From Epithemia pelagica (Eukaryota; Protista; Bacillariophyta), in NCBI GenBank assembly GCA_946965045.2, contig OX337229.1, positions 1 through 64,000 on the forward strand: a stretch of 64,000 nucleotides of DNA, given 5' to 3'. The notes below the pieces were generated by a model. That model searched no databases and had not been told where the DNA came from. It saw only the letters and a program-made list of their open reading frames with translations. The position numbers and the translations under genes are program-made. Positions 48,582 to 60,200 of the stretch are shown one piece after another; position 1 is the stretch's first letter; each line of letters starts with the position of its first letter.

Positions 48582-51092
48582 ATGCTCCATTCGACTCCTT
48601 CGGATTCCTTGCAGCAGCAGCAACAAGCGCCGCATTCGCAGCCGCCACCGTCGTCGCAATCGAGTTATCGAACGCGTAGCAGCAGTCATTCGACGCGACG
48701 GGCCAGTCACGGTGGTGGTGCTGCTTCTTTGGCTGCTCCATTGCCGTCGCAACCGCAACAGGCTCCTCCTCCCGCTCACAACAACTTGACATCGACTCAT
48801 TCGTACCACAGTACTGGTACCCATCACAGCAGTCACAGTCAGCAGAATCCTCCTCCTCACAACAGTACAAGTGCTGGATTGGGCATTACCTCATCCTTTC
48901 AAAAGGGGTTGGCCCGGTGGACCAAACGCATGTCGGGAACGATTGCCTCCTGTGGTGCCATTTCGCAATTGCCGTCCGAAGATCATTCCGAAAGTGGTGC
49001 TGGTGGCCTCATTCATTCGCATCACAGTGAAACCTTTGGTACCCTCCCTTCGGAATTGTCCCATCAATCGTCTCTGAGTTCGGCTTCGTCCGCTTCGGTG
49101 CAGTCCTCGCATCAACAACAGCAGAAACAACAACCTCGCAAACACTTTCGACGTACCAGCAGCAGTACCAGTCATCACAAGAATTCTCATTCTCATTCGC
49201 ATCATCAAGTCCTTGCCTCTTCCGCCACGGACGGCAGCAGCAGCAGTCAAGTGCAGCAGCGCCCAGGTGGTTCCTCCTCATCGTCTCGTTCGTTGAACAA
49301 GACCCATTCCGTGCAGCAGCAACAACAACAGTCTCGTCAACCCAGCTCGACCAGCAACATGACTTCCTCGCAGCAACAACCGCAAACGCATCCCATGCCC
49401 GAACGGCCTCCGCGCAAACAGTATTCGTCGTCCATGAACAAAAAGGGTGGTAACAGTCATCATCATCAGCATCACAAGAGTGTCGGCAAGAGTCAGGATC
49501 AAGATGTGACGGATTTGCACGATCATCATACCCTCAGTACGGCCACCACGGCAGCCGAAACCATTTCCTATTCGACCGATCAAGGCGATGCCAGTATTGC
49601 TTCCGAAGTGGGCATGGAAGTTGTCATGTCCGTGCCCTCTCATGATCACCAGGACGACCATGCTCCCAATACGGGCACCGTCACTGCCAGTACGAGTATG
49701 CCCATGCACACGACGGCCAGTGATACCGAACCCGCCTTGATGCACGAAGAAAATACCACACGGTCCTTCATGGCCCAGCGTCGCCTGTCCTCGGGTGCAG
49801 CGGCACGGACCAACAAACCAACGTTGGGTTCTTCGTACCAAAGTCACTCCTTTCCGGCGGGCAAACATATTTTTACCGTCGATCGTCGATATTCCATGCT
49901 TCGTGTCATTGGAAGTGGTGCCTACGGTGTGGTGATTAGTGCCACGGATTCCAAAACCAGCAACCACAAAAAGAACAACACCAACAACAACAACACGACT
50001 GCGAATAATACGACTAGTACCTCCAATGTGGCCATTAAAATGGTCCCCAAGGCCTTTTCGGACGAGATTGATGCCAAGCGTATTTTGCGAGAAATCAAGC
50101 TTCTCAAGCATTTTCGTCACGACAATATTGTGCGCATCTTGGACATGATGCCACCGAACGTCCCCTACCTGGAAGACTTTCACGATGTCTACATGGTGAC
50201 GGATTTGATGGAGACGGATTTGCATCGCATTATTTATTCCAAGCAAAAATTGAGCACGGATCATGCCCAATACTTTATTTACCAAGTTCTCCGTGGTCTC
50301 AAGTATATTCACAGTTGCAAAGTCTTGCATCGAGACTTGAAACCCTCAAATCTCTTGGTGAATTCCAATTGCGATTTGAAAATTTGTGACTTTGGACTCG
50401 CCCGCGGTGTCCATCAATCCAGTAGTGGTACTGACAGTCCCGATGGTACTCAAGACAAGAAGGATACCATGCTCTTGACGGAATACGTGGTGACGCGATG
50501 GTACCGTGCTCCGGAAATCATGTTGGCTTGTCACGAATATTCCTATCCGATTGATGTTTGGAGTGTGGGTTGCATCTTTGCCGAACTCTTGTCGCGCAAA
50601 CCCATGTTCCCCGGAGAAGATTACATTGACCAATTGACCATTATATCGGAAAAACTGGGCAAATTAGCCGATGCCGATTTGGACTTTGTCACATCGGACA
50701 AGGCCAAACGGTTCATGCGCAAATTGCCCAGCAAGGCCCCGCCTCATTTTGCCCTTGTCTTTCCCGGGACACCACCCGAAGCCTTGGATTCCCTGCGACG
50801 CATGTTGGAAATTCATCCCCACAAACGCATCAGTGTCCAAGCCGCCTTGCAGCATCCCTTTTTTGAACCGCTGCACAATCCGGCCGATGAACCCGTCTCG
50901 AGTCGACCCTTTGATTTTGGCTTTGAAAAGGGACCTGGTCGATTGCAGCGGTTGAAATTGCAAGAATTGATTTGGAAGGAAGTCGTTGACTTTCGTCCCC
51001 ACGATGCCTTGCCCGTGGCTCAATCGCGACGACAACCCGGTGCCACCGCCGCGCCCACCACCACGGCAACCACTGCTGCCGCCAAGGTCTAG
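48582..51092 (+). CDS. Mitogen-activated protein kinase (TEY) with long Ser/Gln/His-rich N-terminus
   Basis: GSGAYGVV, VAIKMV, RILREIKLL, HRDLKPSN, DFG, TEYVVTRWYRAPE and DVWSVGCI. First ATG at 48582; the track ORF starts at TTG 48507. Confidence 0.95.
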   Translation: MLHSTPSDSLQQQQQAPHSQPPPSSQSSYRTRSSSHSTRRASHGGGAASLAAPLPSQPQQAPPPAHNNLTSTHSYHSTGTHHSSHSQQNPPPHNSTSAGLGITSSFQKGLARWTKRMSGTIASCGAISQLPSEDHSESGAGGLIHSHHSETFGTLPSELSHQSSLSSASSASVQSSHQQQQKQQPRKHFRRTSSSTSHHKNSHSHSHHQVLASSATDGSSSSQVQQRPGGSSSSSRSLNKTHSVQQQQQQSRQPSSTSNMTSSQQQPQTHPMPERPPRKQYSSSMNKKGGNSHHHQHHKSVGKSQDQDVTDLHDHHTLSTATTAAETISYSTDQGDASIASEVGMEVVMSVPSHDHQDDHAPNTGTVTASTSMPMHTTASDTEPALMHEENTTRSFMAQRRLSSGAAARTNKPTLGSSYQSHSFPAGKHIFTVDRRYSMLRVIGSGAYGVVISATDSKTSNHKKNNTNNNNTTANNTTSTSNVAIKMVPKAFSDEIDAKRILREIKLLKHFRHDNIVRILDMMPPNVPYLEDFHDVYMVTDLMETDLHRIIYSKQKLSTDHAQYFIYQVLRGLKYIHSCKVLHRDLKPSNLLVNSNCDLKICDFGLARGVHQSSSGTDSPDGTQDKKDTMLLTEYVVTRWYRAPEIMLACHEYSYPIDVWSVGCIFAELLSRKPMFPGEDYIDQLTIISEKLGKLADADLDFVTSDKAKRFMRKLPSKAPPHFALVFPGTPPEALDSLRRMLEIHPHKRISVQAALQHPFFEPLHNPADEPVSSRPFDFGFEKGPGRLQRLKLQELIWKEVVDFRPHDALPVAQSRRQPGATAAPTTTATTAAAKV

Positions 51093-51834
51093 GAACCAGC
51101 CTCCATGTTCGTTTTTCTTCTCTCTCTCTCTCACCCATTCATTTTGGATGGTCCATTGCACTCATGTCTCTACAACTACATCTTCTTCTTCTTTACTACG
51201 TGTCAACCACAACTCTGTACTAGTCCAATCTTATCTATCTATACATCCTACTGACCACTACTCGACTAGGTAGGATAGGCAATACTCATATCGGGAAGGG
51301 AAGACTCCCAAAGGACGACATGTCTGTGACGAATCGATGGACAGTCATGTGTGTGCGTGAAGAGACCTCCTCGAGTATGCGGGGATGGAAGTCAGTAGCT
51401 GCGTTGATACAGGGAGAAAGGCTGTACGTTCCAATCTAAAAAAAAAGGTACGTGATATCGACAGGACCAGGTTTTGATTGGCTCTCCTCCATTGCAGGAT
51501 GGAATTCAGGATGGACCGATGGATGGTCCCTCCATGAATTTCTTGTTTCTCCACGCAAATGATCACTTTCTTCTCACCCGTGTGGAGGCAAACATCATGT
51601 CGATCGAACTGTGAATGATTGCTTACGATTGATTGGACATGCGCAATGGGGAGAGTGCCACCATCATCTGCCATACGGTCTAGTAGGTGTAGAACTAAAT
51701 ACGGATACATGAGACGGAATGGCTGATGGCCACTACAAGCAAAGAGTAGAGTTTTCCAACGATCGGTAGTTAGCTATTAGCTACTCCTATGTACAATGGG
51801 TGCAGTGATATGGTTTCACCAAGAATCAAAAACA

Positions 51835-51907
51835 TTCCCGTACCGGGACTCGAACCCGGGTATCCTGCGTGAAAGGCAAGTATGCTAACCACCTACATCA
51901 TACGGGA
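51835..51907 (-). tRNA. tRNA-Glu (anticodon TTC)
   Basis: TCCCGTA acceptor stem, ATGT/GCAT D-stem, CTTGC-CT TTC AC-GCAGG anticodon arm and CCGGG-TTCGAGT-CCCGG T-arm, followed by TTTTT (Pol III terminator). Confidence 0.97.
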
Positions 51908-52300
51908 AACTGACAAAGTGACAGATTTTTAGAGCTGTAAATCTACCATTGCATGCCAGCAGGTTTCTACAGCTGTTGCGCTGCCTCATTCGCACCGAAT
52001 CACACAATGGCACGTTCTTCTCCTTCTTCCGTTGAGGGTTTGGTTTGTTTGTGTTTGGGCATCAGCGCGACACATCAGTGCAAGGTAGATTGAGTTTTTC
52101 TCTACGTCTAGGAAGGACGTCCGATCCGAAGCAAGCCAAAAAGAGAAAACCAAAGAGCCAAAGATTCATCGATATTACATATCATATCGTCCAAGAAAAC
52201 GTACACACGCGAAGCAAGTCAAGCAACTCTGGATTGATTCCTCAAGAAGAAGGAGATTGATTGTGGTACACTATTCGAATTACAAGATACACCAAAGAAA

Positions 52301-52684
52301 ATGGCACGACAAAGCTCTTGGATCAGTCTAGTACGCAGGACCCTTGTGGTCCTCGTCCTCCTCCTCCTCGGTTCCAGCACCGTGGTCGTCAATGGCTCGT
52401 CGTCCATTTGTCAAGGCACGGCGGAACCTCCCGCCACCATTTTGGTGAATGGTCAAGGAAGTTGCATGGATTGGACGGGTGAACCGGAAGCCTGTTGTCA
52501 ACAATGTCATGCCATGTATGCCGCCAATCACATTTCGCGGTACATTCCCCCATCCTCGTCGAAGCCGTCGTCGCAATGTTGCTGTTATTATCAAGGCTTG
52601 TTGGAACATCCCTCGGGCAACGGAATGGGCGACAATAGTGTCTTTTTCATTATTCAAACCAAACCCAAAAAGGACGAATTGTAG
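52301..52684 (+). CDS. Small cysteine-rich ER-lumen protein (signal peptide plus C-terminal KDEL), 127 aa
   Basis: Hydrophobic leader LVVLVLLLLGSS, eight Cys including CCQQC and CCC, and a terminus of KKDEL-stop. Confidence 0.75.
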   Translation: MARQSSWISLVRRTLVVLVLLLLGSSTVVVNGSSSICQGTAEPPATILVNGQGSCMDWTGEPEACCQQCHAMYAANHISRYIPPSSSKPSSQCCCYYQGLLEHPSGNGMGDNSVFFIIQTKPKKDEL

Positions 52685-54922
52685 TAAGACAGACACACAC
52701 ACACACTGGGGTAGTGATGGTGATTGTTGGAAATCATCATCATCATGAGGGTGTGTTTCCGTCAGACAGACTTGTGGCTCGACACCACCACCATAAACGA
52801 CAAGAGAGAACTCTGGTTCTAAGAGGAGCTCAATCTCTCTCTGTGTGTGTTTCTCGTGGTGTGGTGACCGAGTCCAAAGCGGTACGACACGAGACAGCGT
52901 CACGGGGCATTTTCATTTCATCTCTCTCTATATACTATACTAGCACTGGATACTGATATTATTGATACACATGGATCTCGCTCTCGTTCGACCCCATCTG
53001 GTTGGTGAAACAAGGAGTTCGACCATGGTTTCCAATTTAGCCCCTAGTAGATAGATAGTAGAGTACGGCACAACATAGTATGGTGGTCCATTGCTGTGTG
53101 GTATTCTCGTGCTCCAGATCCGCCTCTCTCTCTCCCTGTTTCTCCCGCAGTATATCGATCCATTCACACCACACAAACCCAAACTCATGGCACACCCAAA
53201 CGTTGAATGTGTATAGTTACAAGGAGGAGAAGGAGGAAACATGAATCTCTCTCTCTCTCTAGTTTCACATCCCAGGTCGTCTTTGAATCTGTCCACTCCT
53301 CTTCTGTCACCCTCTACTCTCCGAGTCTGCTCCAAGGGGTTGGAACGGAGGAGAGTTTCGTTTCTTCTTCTTCATCCTCCTCTTGCATTCCGGATGGAAC
53401 TCTTGTCGTTGGGGATTCCATCCTTGTGGTGGCTCTCGGCTGCTGCTTGCGTGGTTCATTCTCTCTCTCCTCATTGGGTTCTGCCGTTTTGGATTCGTTC
53501 CATGACGACCACGACAACAACCACAACAAGAGCGAGGCAGTGTTGTGGATGCTGTAGTGGTTGTTGTTGTTGTTGATGTTGTTGTTGGAATTGGGATGTA
53601 ATGCGGTTCGGGAGAATGATTCCGTCCTCGTTCTTGTGCGGAATCAATCAACACCTACATGGCATTCCGGGTGGTCCATGCCGTGGTGGTTGTTGCTTCG
53701 CGGAGTTTGGAATCCATTACCGTGGTTGTTGTACCACAACCACACGTGTGGAACAGAGGACGACGTTCCAAGGTTGGCGATTCGCCACAACAAGGACTTG
53801 GGAGGCATGATTCAACCATGGCGTGTGTCTCTCTCGTGATGATGAAAAATCCATAGTGATTCATGAGGCACTCTCATGGTCCTTTTGTTGGTGCTCCGGT
53901 GGGGCACATCCTGACCCTGCACCCAACGTACCAGTGAACAAAAAAACGAGACACTCTTGCCGATCCTACGAGTCTTGCTGCTACCTGTTCTTGGCACAGA
54001 GAGGGTGTGGTTTCTTTGTTGGTGCCCTTTTGTAGTAGCCACTATTCGGTCATGGATTGTGGGTTGGGCCATCACGTGTGGATGGACGGGCCACTGGATG
54101 TTTCGTCTACCCTATTTCCTCTGCCGGGTGTTGTGGCTGTTTGTGGTCTCCACCATAACCAGCAAATACTACTAGGTAGGGAGAGGGAGGTGTGTCGAGT
54201 GGTTCGATCCATCAGGATTCATAATGAGGGGAGGAGGATGATCCGTCGCAGTCGCAGAGTGGTTGGTTGGTTCGAATCACCGACCGGTTCTCGGTGATAC
54301 GACAATCATCATCATCATCATCATTCTCTCTCTCTCTCGTTTTGTCTCCTTCTCTCCAAAGGACCAGCCTCTTCTCTCGTCCGGTAGAGAGCCGTACATG
54401 CACGGATCGACTAGTGTCTCGTGTCCTCTGTTTTTGTTCTCTCCATGGCCGATCAGGTGTGCGAAGTTGCGAATCTTGGGATGGTCTCGAGATTTTTGTG
54501 GAGCGAACACCCACAAACGAGCCGTCTCGCGCGCGCACAACGTCTCTATGAACTAACTCTGGAGAATAGTATTCGAAATGTTTTGGTGGGGGGTTGGGGG
54601 GTCTTTGGTCCGGTCCAGACACACATACTCATACTCGTACGAAAAAAAAAGACGATCGTCTTGTCAAGTCGCTCGTGTCCATCCGGCCGTGCCACTAGGT
54701 CAACACAACCAACCACCCAATTGGCAAGAACCAACTGTTTCTTCTTCTCCTGATCCTCTTCTCCACAAAACAACCAAACACCAACAACCAATCACCAACA
54801 ACACACCTATTCTTGACAAGAAGTACTATCCTACCCAAACAGCAATCGACAACTCTCTCTCCATAGTTTCTCAACGACGACTCCTTCTCTCTCTCTCTCT
54901 CTCTCAACCTACCACCACCACC

Positions 54923-56329
54923 ATGGCACTGACAACGACCCGATCGACACCACCACCATGTCCGCCAACATGCACCACTGGCAACCCCCAAGCTTCTTCT
55001 TCTTGTAATTATTATTATTCTTGCAACCAACCGGCAAACGACTCGGTTTCCTCGTTGGACCGGACCACCATGTTTCAGGACCAAGCCACCCAGCGACGAA
55101 CCAATAGTACCTCTCGTCGATACCACAAGAAGAACAACAACAACCAGCAAAACAACCAGAAACGGCGACAGTCCAGCCCCATCCATCCTACTGCCCACGA
55201 GCAGCAGCAGCAACATGGACCCATTACCCATCGTCCCAACCATACCAGAGGCTATCATTCCGAGCCAGACGTTGTTGTGTATCAGATACCATCCCCATTC
55301 ATTCAACATCAACCGGAGGATGGTAACCACGACCAGGCCACCAACCACAACAAGACCAGGAACCCCCACCACACACAGTATCCTTCAAGCACTCTGGTTC
55401 CCCATGAAATGGCTCGGCGCCGCAATGCCATTGTCGGTTCCTGTCCACCGGATTGTCTCAAACCATCTGTACCGAACCAACAACAGCACAAGCAGCAGCA
55501 TGCCTCCAAACCGTGTCATGTCATTGGTATCGTCCCGAGTCCCGTAACGACGACCAGACAGGACCATCACCACCACAATCCTGCCGCAAAATCAGAGACG
55601 TGGGTCCACATTACTGCGACTCCTCGTGCCCTTTGTTCGTCCTTGTCCTTGTCGTGTTCCACCGAATCGTCCTCCTCGGTATCCTCGGCAGGGTGGCAGG
55701 ATCCACCACACGAGCAACAAGACCAACAACAAGAACAAAACCAACAAGACGAAGAAGAGTGTATGGAAGATCGACCACCCACTCCACATCCACGGGGCCG
55801 TCACACTAGTTCAGGTCCTCCTCCTTCACCACCACCAACAACACCCGCCGCCCACCATCAGGGACCCCTATTGGTACTGCGACGACGTCGGAAACCACGT
55901 CCTCCGACCCTGATTCTGGTTCCCAAGGACCATGATCCTCATTGTCATTATTCTACGCGTCCTGCTGGTCCAAGTGGCCATGATTCTCATCATTCTCATC
56001 CTCCTGCTCACCATGGTCCATGTGGCCATTCTCATTGTCCTCCTCAGGACCGTCGTCGACCGTCGGCCCTCTCGGTCCCAGAGAAGCAACAGCAGCGTCG
56101 TCATGGTCATGACAACTCCAACCATTGCCATCCTCCCTCGTGGATTGAGATTCCTCATCATCATCATCCTTCGTCTTCTTCCTTATCCTCCATGCATCGT
56201 CGTCGTCCCAACCGTCCACGACCTCCTCCACCACATGATCATGATCCTTATCCCGACAACCAGCACGACAAGGCGGATCGTCCACCTCCCACTGTGAATC
56301 GGCCCCGTCGATTTCGACGGTGGTTCTAG
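54923..56329 (+). CDS. Pro/His/Gln-rich low-complexity protein of unknown function
   Basis: Long ORF (track 54578-56329) with a probable ATG at 54923. Composition resembles other genes in the window; no domain recognised. Confidence 0.55.
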   Translation: MALTTTRSTPPPCPPTCTTGNPQASSSCNYYYSCNQPANDSVSSLDRTTMFQDQATQRRTNSTSRRYHKKNNNNQQNNQKRRQSSPIHPTAHEQQQQHGPITHRPNHTRGYHSEPDVVVYQIPSPFIQHQPEDGNHDQATNHNKTRNPHHTQYPSSTLVPHEMARRRNAIVGSCPPDCLKPSVPNQQQHKQQHASKPCHVIGIVPSPVTTTRQDHHHHNPAAKSETWVHITATPRALCSSLSLSCSTESSSSVSSAGWQDPPHEQQDQQQEQNQQDEEECMEDRPPTPHPRGRHTSSGPPPSPPPTTPAAHHQGPLLVLRRRRKPRPPTLILVPKDHDPHCHYSTRPAGPSGHDSHHSHPPAHHGPCGHSHCPPQDRRRPSALSVPEKQQQRRHGHDNSNHCHPPSWIEIPHHHHPSSSSLSSMHRRRPNRPRPPPPHDHDPYPDNQHDKADRPPPTVNRPRRFRRWF

Positions 56330-57292
56330 CTATATACTCTAGTAGAGGTAGACACTCGGAGAAAGTCTAGCGTCGTGTCTCCGGGTGGTCGATATCCTAT
56401 AATTTATATAGAGTCTCTCCTAGAGGTTGATACTACCTACTCCTAGTAGGATTCCATTGCCACAGATTTGTAGGAATCGGATCCTCTCTGGTTTCATCAT
56501 CCTCATGATGCCATCACGCATGCCCTGTCTCGTCCCTCTGTGGTGGTTGGTGGTGATGGTTGCTCTTGTCATGGTATGCCGCCTGACCATGATCTATTAT
56601 TTGACAAAGGTACACAACACATTACATGGGGGCGCCGTTTGATTTGAGTTACGGATATGGTGCGCACCTCTCGATCTCAAAAGCATCTGGATCTTGAGTC
56701 TTGAGCGTGTGAGCGATCCATACTCCCCCGGCGCGCATTCCGAACAGAAGCCACCGAGAGCAGTACTAAGAACTACAATATGGAGTATAATGCGAGAAAA
56801 TTAATATTAACAGAGCCTAAGTAAGTATGCCCCAGAGGTGCCATCGCGCATGCCAGTTTCTATCATTGCATGGCTGGCGCTCCCAGGAGGATCGGTCCAA
56901 CCCCTCTCACAATTTGGCTTTTGGCGACGACCAACTAAATGAAGGCCTACCTACCTACTCCTCCTGCAAGACAATCAATAATCCATACGCCATCTTTCTG
57001 GCCTTCTTCTTGCTTCTTGTGTATTTGTGTGTGTGTGTGTGAAAGAATACGATTCTACAACAACCGTCAGTCAGTCCATCTATGTACAGAGTACCTTTGG
57101 CACACACACTCGGTCAAAACAACAAACAACAAACAACAAACAACACACTGGACTACTGCCATTCTGAATTGACTCCTTGTGGATTCATCATAGATTGCTT
57201 CTGAGAAGCAAGAAGTTGCTTCTGAGAAGCAAGAAGAAGAGAAACAAGAAGCAGAAGGAAACCTTGTTGTCCTTGTTGTTGGTGTTGTCACT

Positions 57293-60200
57293 ATGAGTTT
57301 TTCCAATCGTCGGTCCCCCTCGACCCACTACAACCAACAACAACAACAACCCAGTACCCCCTATTCGGCTTCGGAACGACGCATCTTGCCCTCTCCCGTC
57401 TCGTCGGCTGGTACCAATGGTACCGACGGAGGAGTGCGGCCCACCTTGTCCATTTATGCCACTGGATCACGGCAAGTGCATGCCTCGGAATCCTTGTCGA
57501 CCCATTCTTCTTCGGAATATGACGACCAAGAAGAAGATGACGACGATGATGATCAAGAGGAGGAGGACCGACATCGACCACGCTCACACTCCCAACGCGA
57601 CGAACAAAGCAATGCGAGAACGTATTATGACGACGACGACGAGGATGCTTCGTACTTTGAGGATGATGACGAAGACGACGACTATTCGTCGTCGTATCGC
57701 ATGATTGATTATTACGACAATGAAACCACTCGTCATTCCGTCACAGCCTCCACGGTCCATACCGTCTTGACGCCTCTCAAAAGCACGACTACGGCCGGTG
57801 CCACGGGGGGAGGAGTGACGAGTTTTTTTGGACTCGTCACGACCAGTTTGTTTGGTGGTACTGGTACTGGCACCACTACTGGAACTGGAACGGTCGACAC
57901 GGCTCCCACTCCTCATGCCTACACACCCCCAACGGCCCAAACCAAGACGAGGCCTCCTCGATCCAGTCCTGTAACGACACCCCAACCACAACAACAAAGA
58001 CGGCATTCGGCCAAACAGCCACAACAACGACAACGACGGGGCATTCAAACACCTCCCTCGGTACCGAATCGCAAGCCGAACAAAGCAAACCCCACCAAAC
58101 CACCCAAACAATCACGACACAAATCCTCTTCTCCAGCCTCCTCTTCCATTCCATCGTCCATTGGGGGTCGTCGTCCCCAAGGCGGCAAGAAAAAACAACA
58201 GCAACAACAACGAAGACGACGCAGCACCCACAAGAAGCAATTGCTTCGTTCCAACAATAGTTTTGGTAGTGGTGGGGGTGGCATGAGTTTGGGCATGGAC
58301 AGTCACACCACCATGACGACGACCACGGATCAACTCCTCCTGACGAGAACGAGTCCCCAACAACGACAACCACATAAAAACAACCATGGCAAACCACCTC
58401 AACACAAGAGCTTGTCCAAGGCCCTGGACCAAGCCAATCATCATCATCATCGATCGAGTACAACCAAACCAACCAACAACAGCAACCACCACAAGAAGCA
58501 GAGTACTACTACAACAACGAGGAGCACCAGTAGTAGTGATAAGGCCATTCACCCCCAACAACAACACCAACAAGAACATCCAGAACCGCAACACGAGCCA
58601 AGGGATTCGGCCGTTCCACGTGTCTTGGCCTTGTCTTCCACCTCCTTGGCTTCGTCGCTGGCCGTCCAAGCACCTGTGGTCCCAAATACCAAACCACACC
58701 ATCCACCGACGCCCTATTACTATTACCATCCGAATCATGGCCACCCCACATCTTCGTCTTCTCCAAAGAGACTGTCCACCACACTTGCGGGTAGTACAAC
58801 AACAGTCGATCTACCACCTGTATCTTTTCCCTTGCTCCGTCACAATCAAAGTCATCCTCCGACCAGTACCAGTCCCAAACGATATTCCATTCGAACCTCG
58901 ACCACCACAGTCCCCAATCCCTTGCTGTACACCCATGGAGAGGGTTCCATGCCTCATGGTCCTCCCTATACTCCAAACGACTGGTATGGCCGGTCCTTGG
59001 CCGATTCCATGACGGTTCCCACGCCCTCGAGTGCGGGGATTACCAGTACGGGCATGACAAACATGACTCTAGGAGGCAGTGGAAGTGGGAGTAGTGATGA
59101 AGACGATGCGTACTTGGCGTCGCGCGAAAAACTGGTCTTTCCACCCTCATCTCACTGGTCGTCCTTTTATCCCGGCAGTGTCGATGGAAGTCAAGACAGT
59201 CGCGATCCTAAGAAGAACAAGAACAAGAACCGCATGAAACAACAACCACAACCCGAAGAGGAAACGGTCCAAGCCTCGACGCACACTCCCGACAATGACA
59301 TGGCCGTACAGGATCCAGCCTTGCACTATCCTCCACGGACCAAGTCACCGCCACCCAAACGACCACGAGAGGTTTCTCGTCCCGATGGAGGAGAGAATCA
59401 ACCGCCTCTGGTCAAGCACACTTCTACGAGTAATACTGCTACAACAACTACAACTACAACACGGGCATTGCGAAAACCCTTTGCCAAACGCATTGGAACA
59501 CCGGGTCCTGGCTTACTCAGTATCATGGCTGGTCAAGCGTCTCCTCGACTCACACCCGAAGATGAATATTCCTTGACGGCCGAAACCTCGCCCTCCGGCA
59601 ACAACCCTGGAGTTCCGTCTACAGCGAGTGCGCCGACTACGCCAAGAATACGATCCATGCCGCCCACCACCAATTCTTCTGGAGTACGATCCAATCGAAC
59701 ACTAGGTCAACAAGAACAAGAACAAGAACCAGTGTCCAGACCCAATGCAAACACTACCAAGACGAAGAACACTCCATCTCATTCCTTACCACCCCGACCA
59801 CGAGCAAGTACTCCAATTCGACATCATTCCTCACCCACACATTCGCATCCCATTACCACGATTCCCGAAGTACCATCCTCGTCGTACTCGGACGATCTTG
59901 TCACTTCTCCCTTGTCCTCCACCATTGCTTCCACGACAGCGACAACGACATCACCACTCTCTCTGACATCCTCCCTTCCTTCCGAGTCTGTCCCTGGTGT
60001 CGTGGTCGAATCACCAACCAGTCTACCCGAAACACTGCCTCTCCCTCTTTCGGCACGAACCAACTCCAATCTAGTAGGAGTCGACCAGAACGATGGAACC
60101 AAGAATAGTTCGGAAAATCAAGCTGAACCACCGGCATCGGTGCATTCCAACTCGACGACGACCACCCTGCCCCTACCTCCACCACCACGACAACCACACG

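Noticed and set aside
51345-51710. 121-aa minus-strand ORF downstream of the MAPK
   Set aside because: No recognisable motif, targeting signal or paralog; could be chance.
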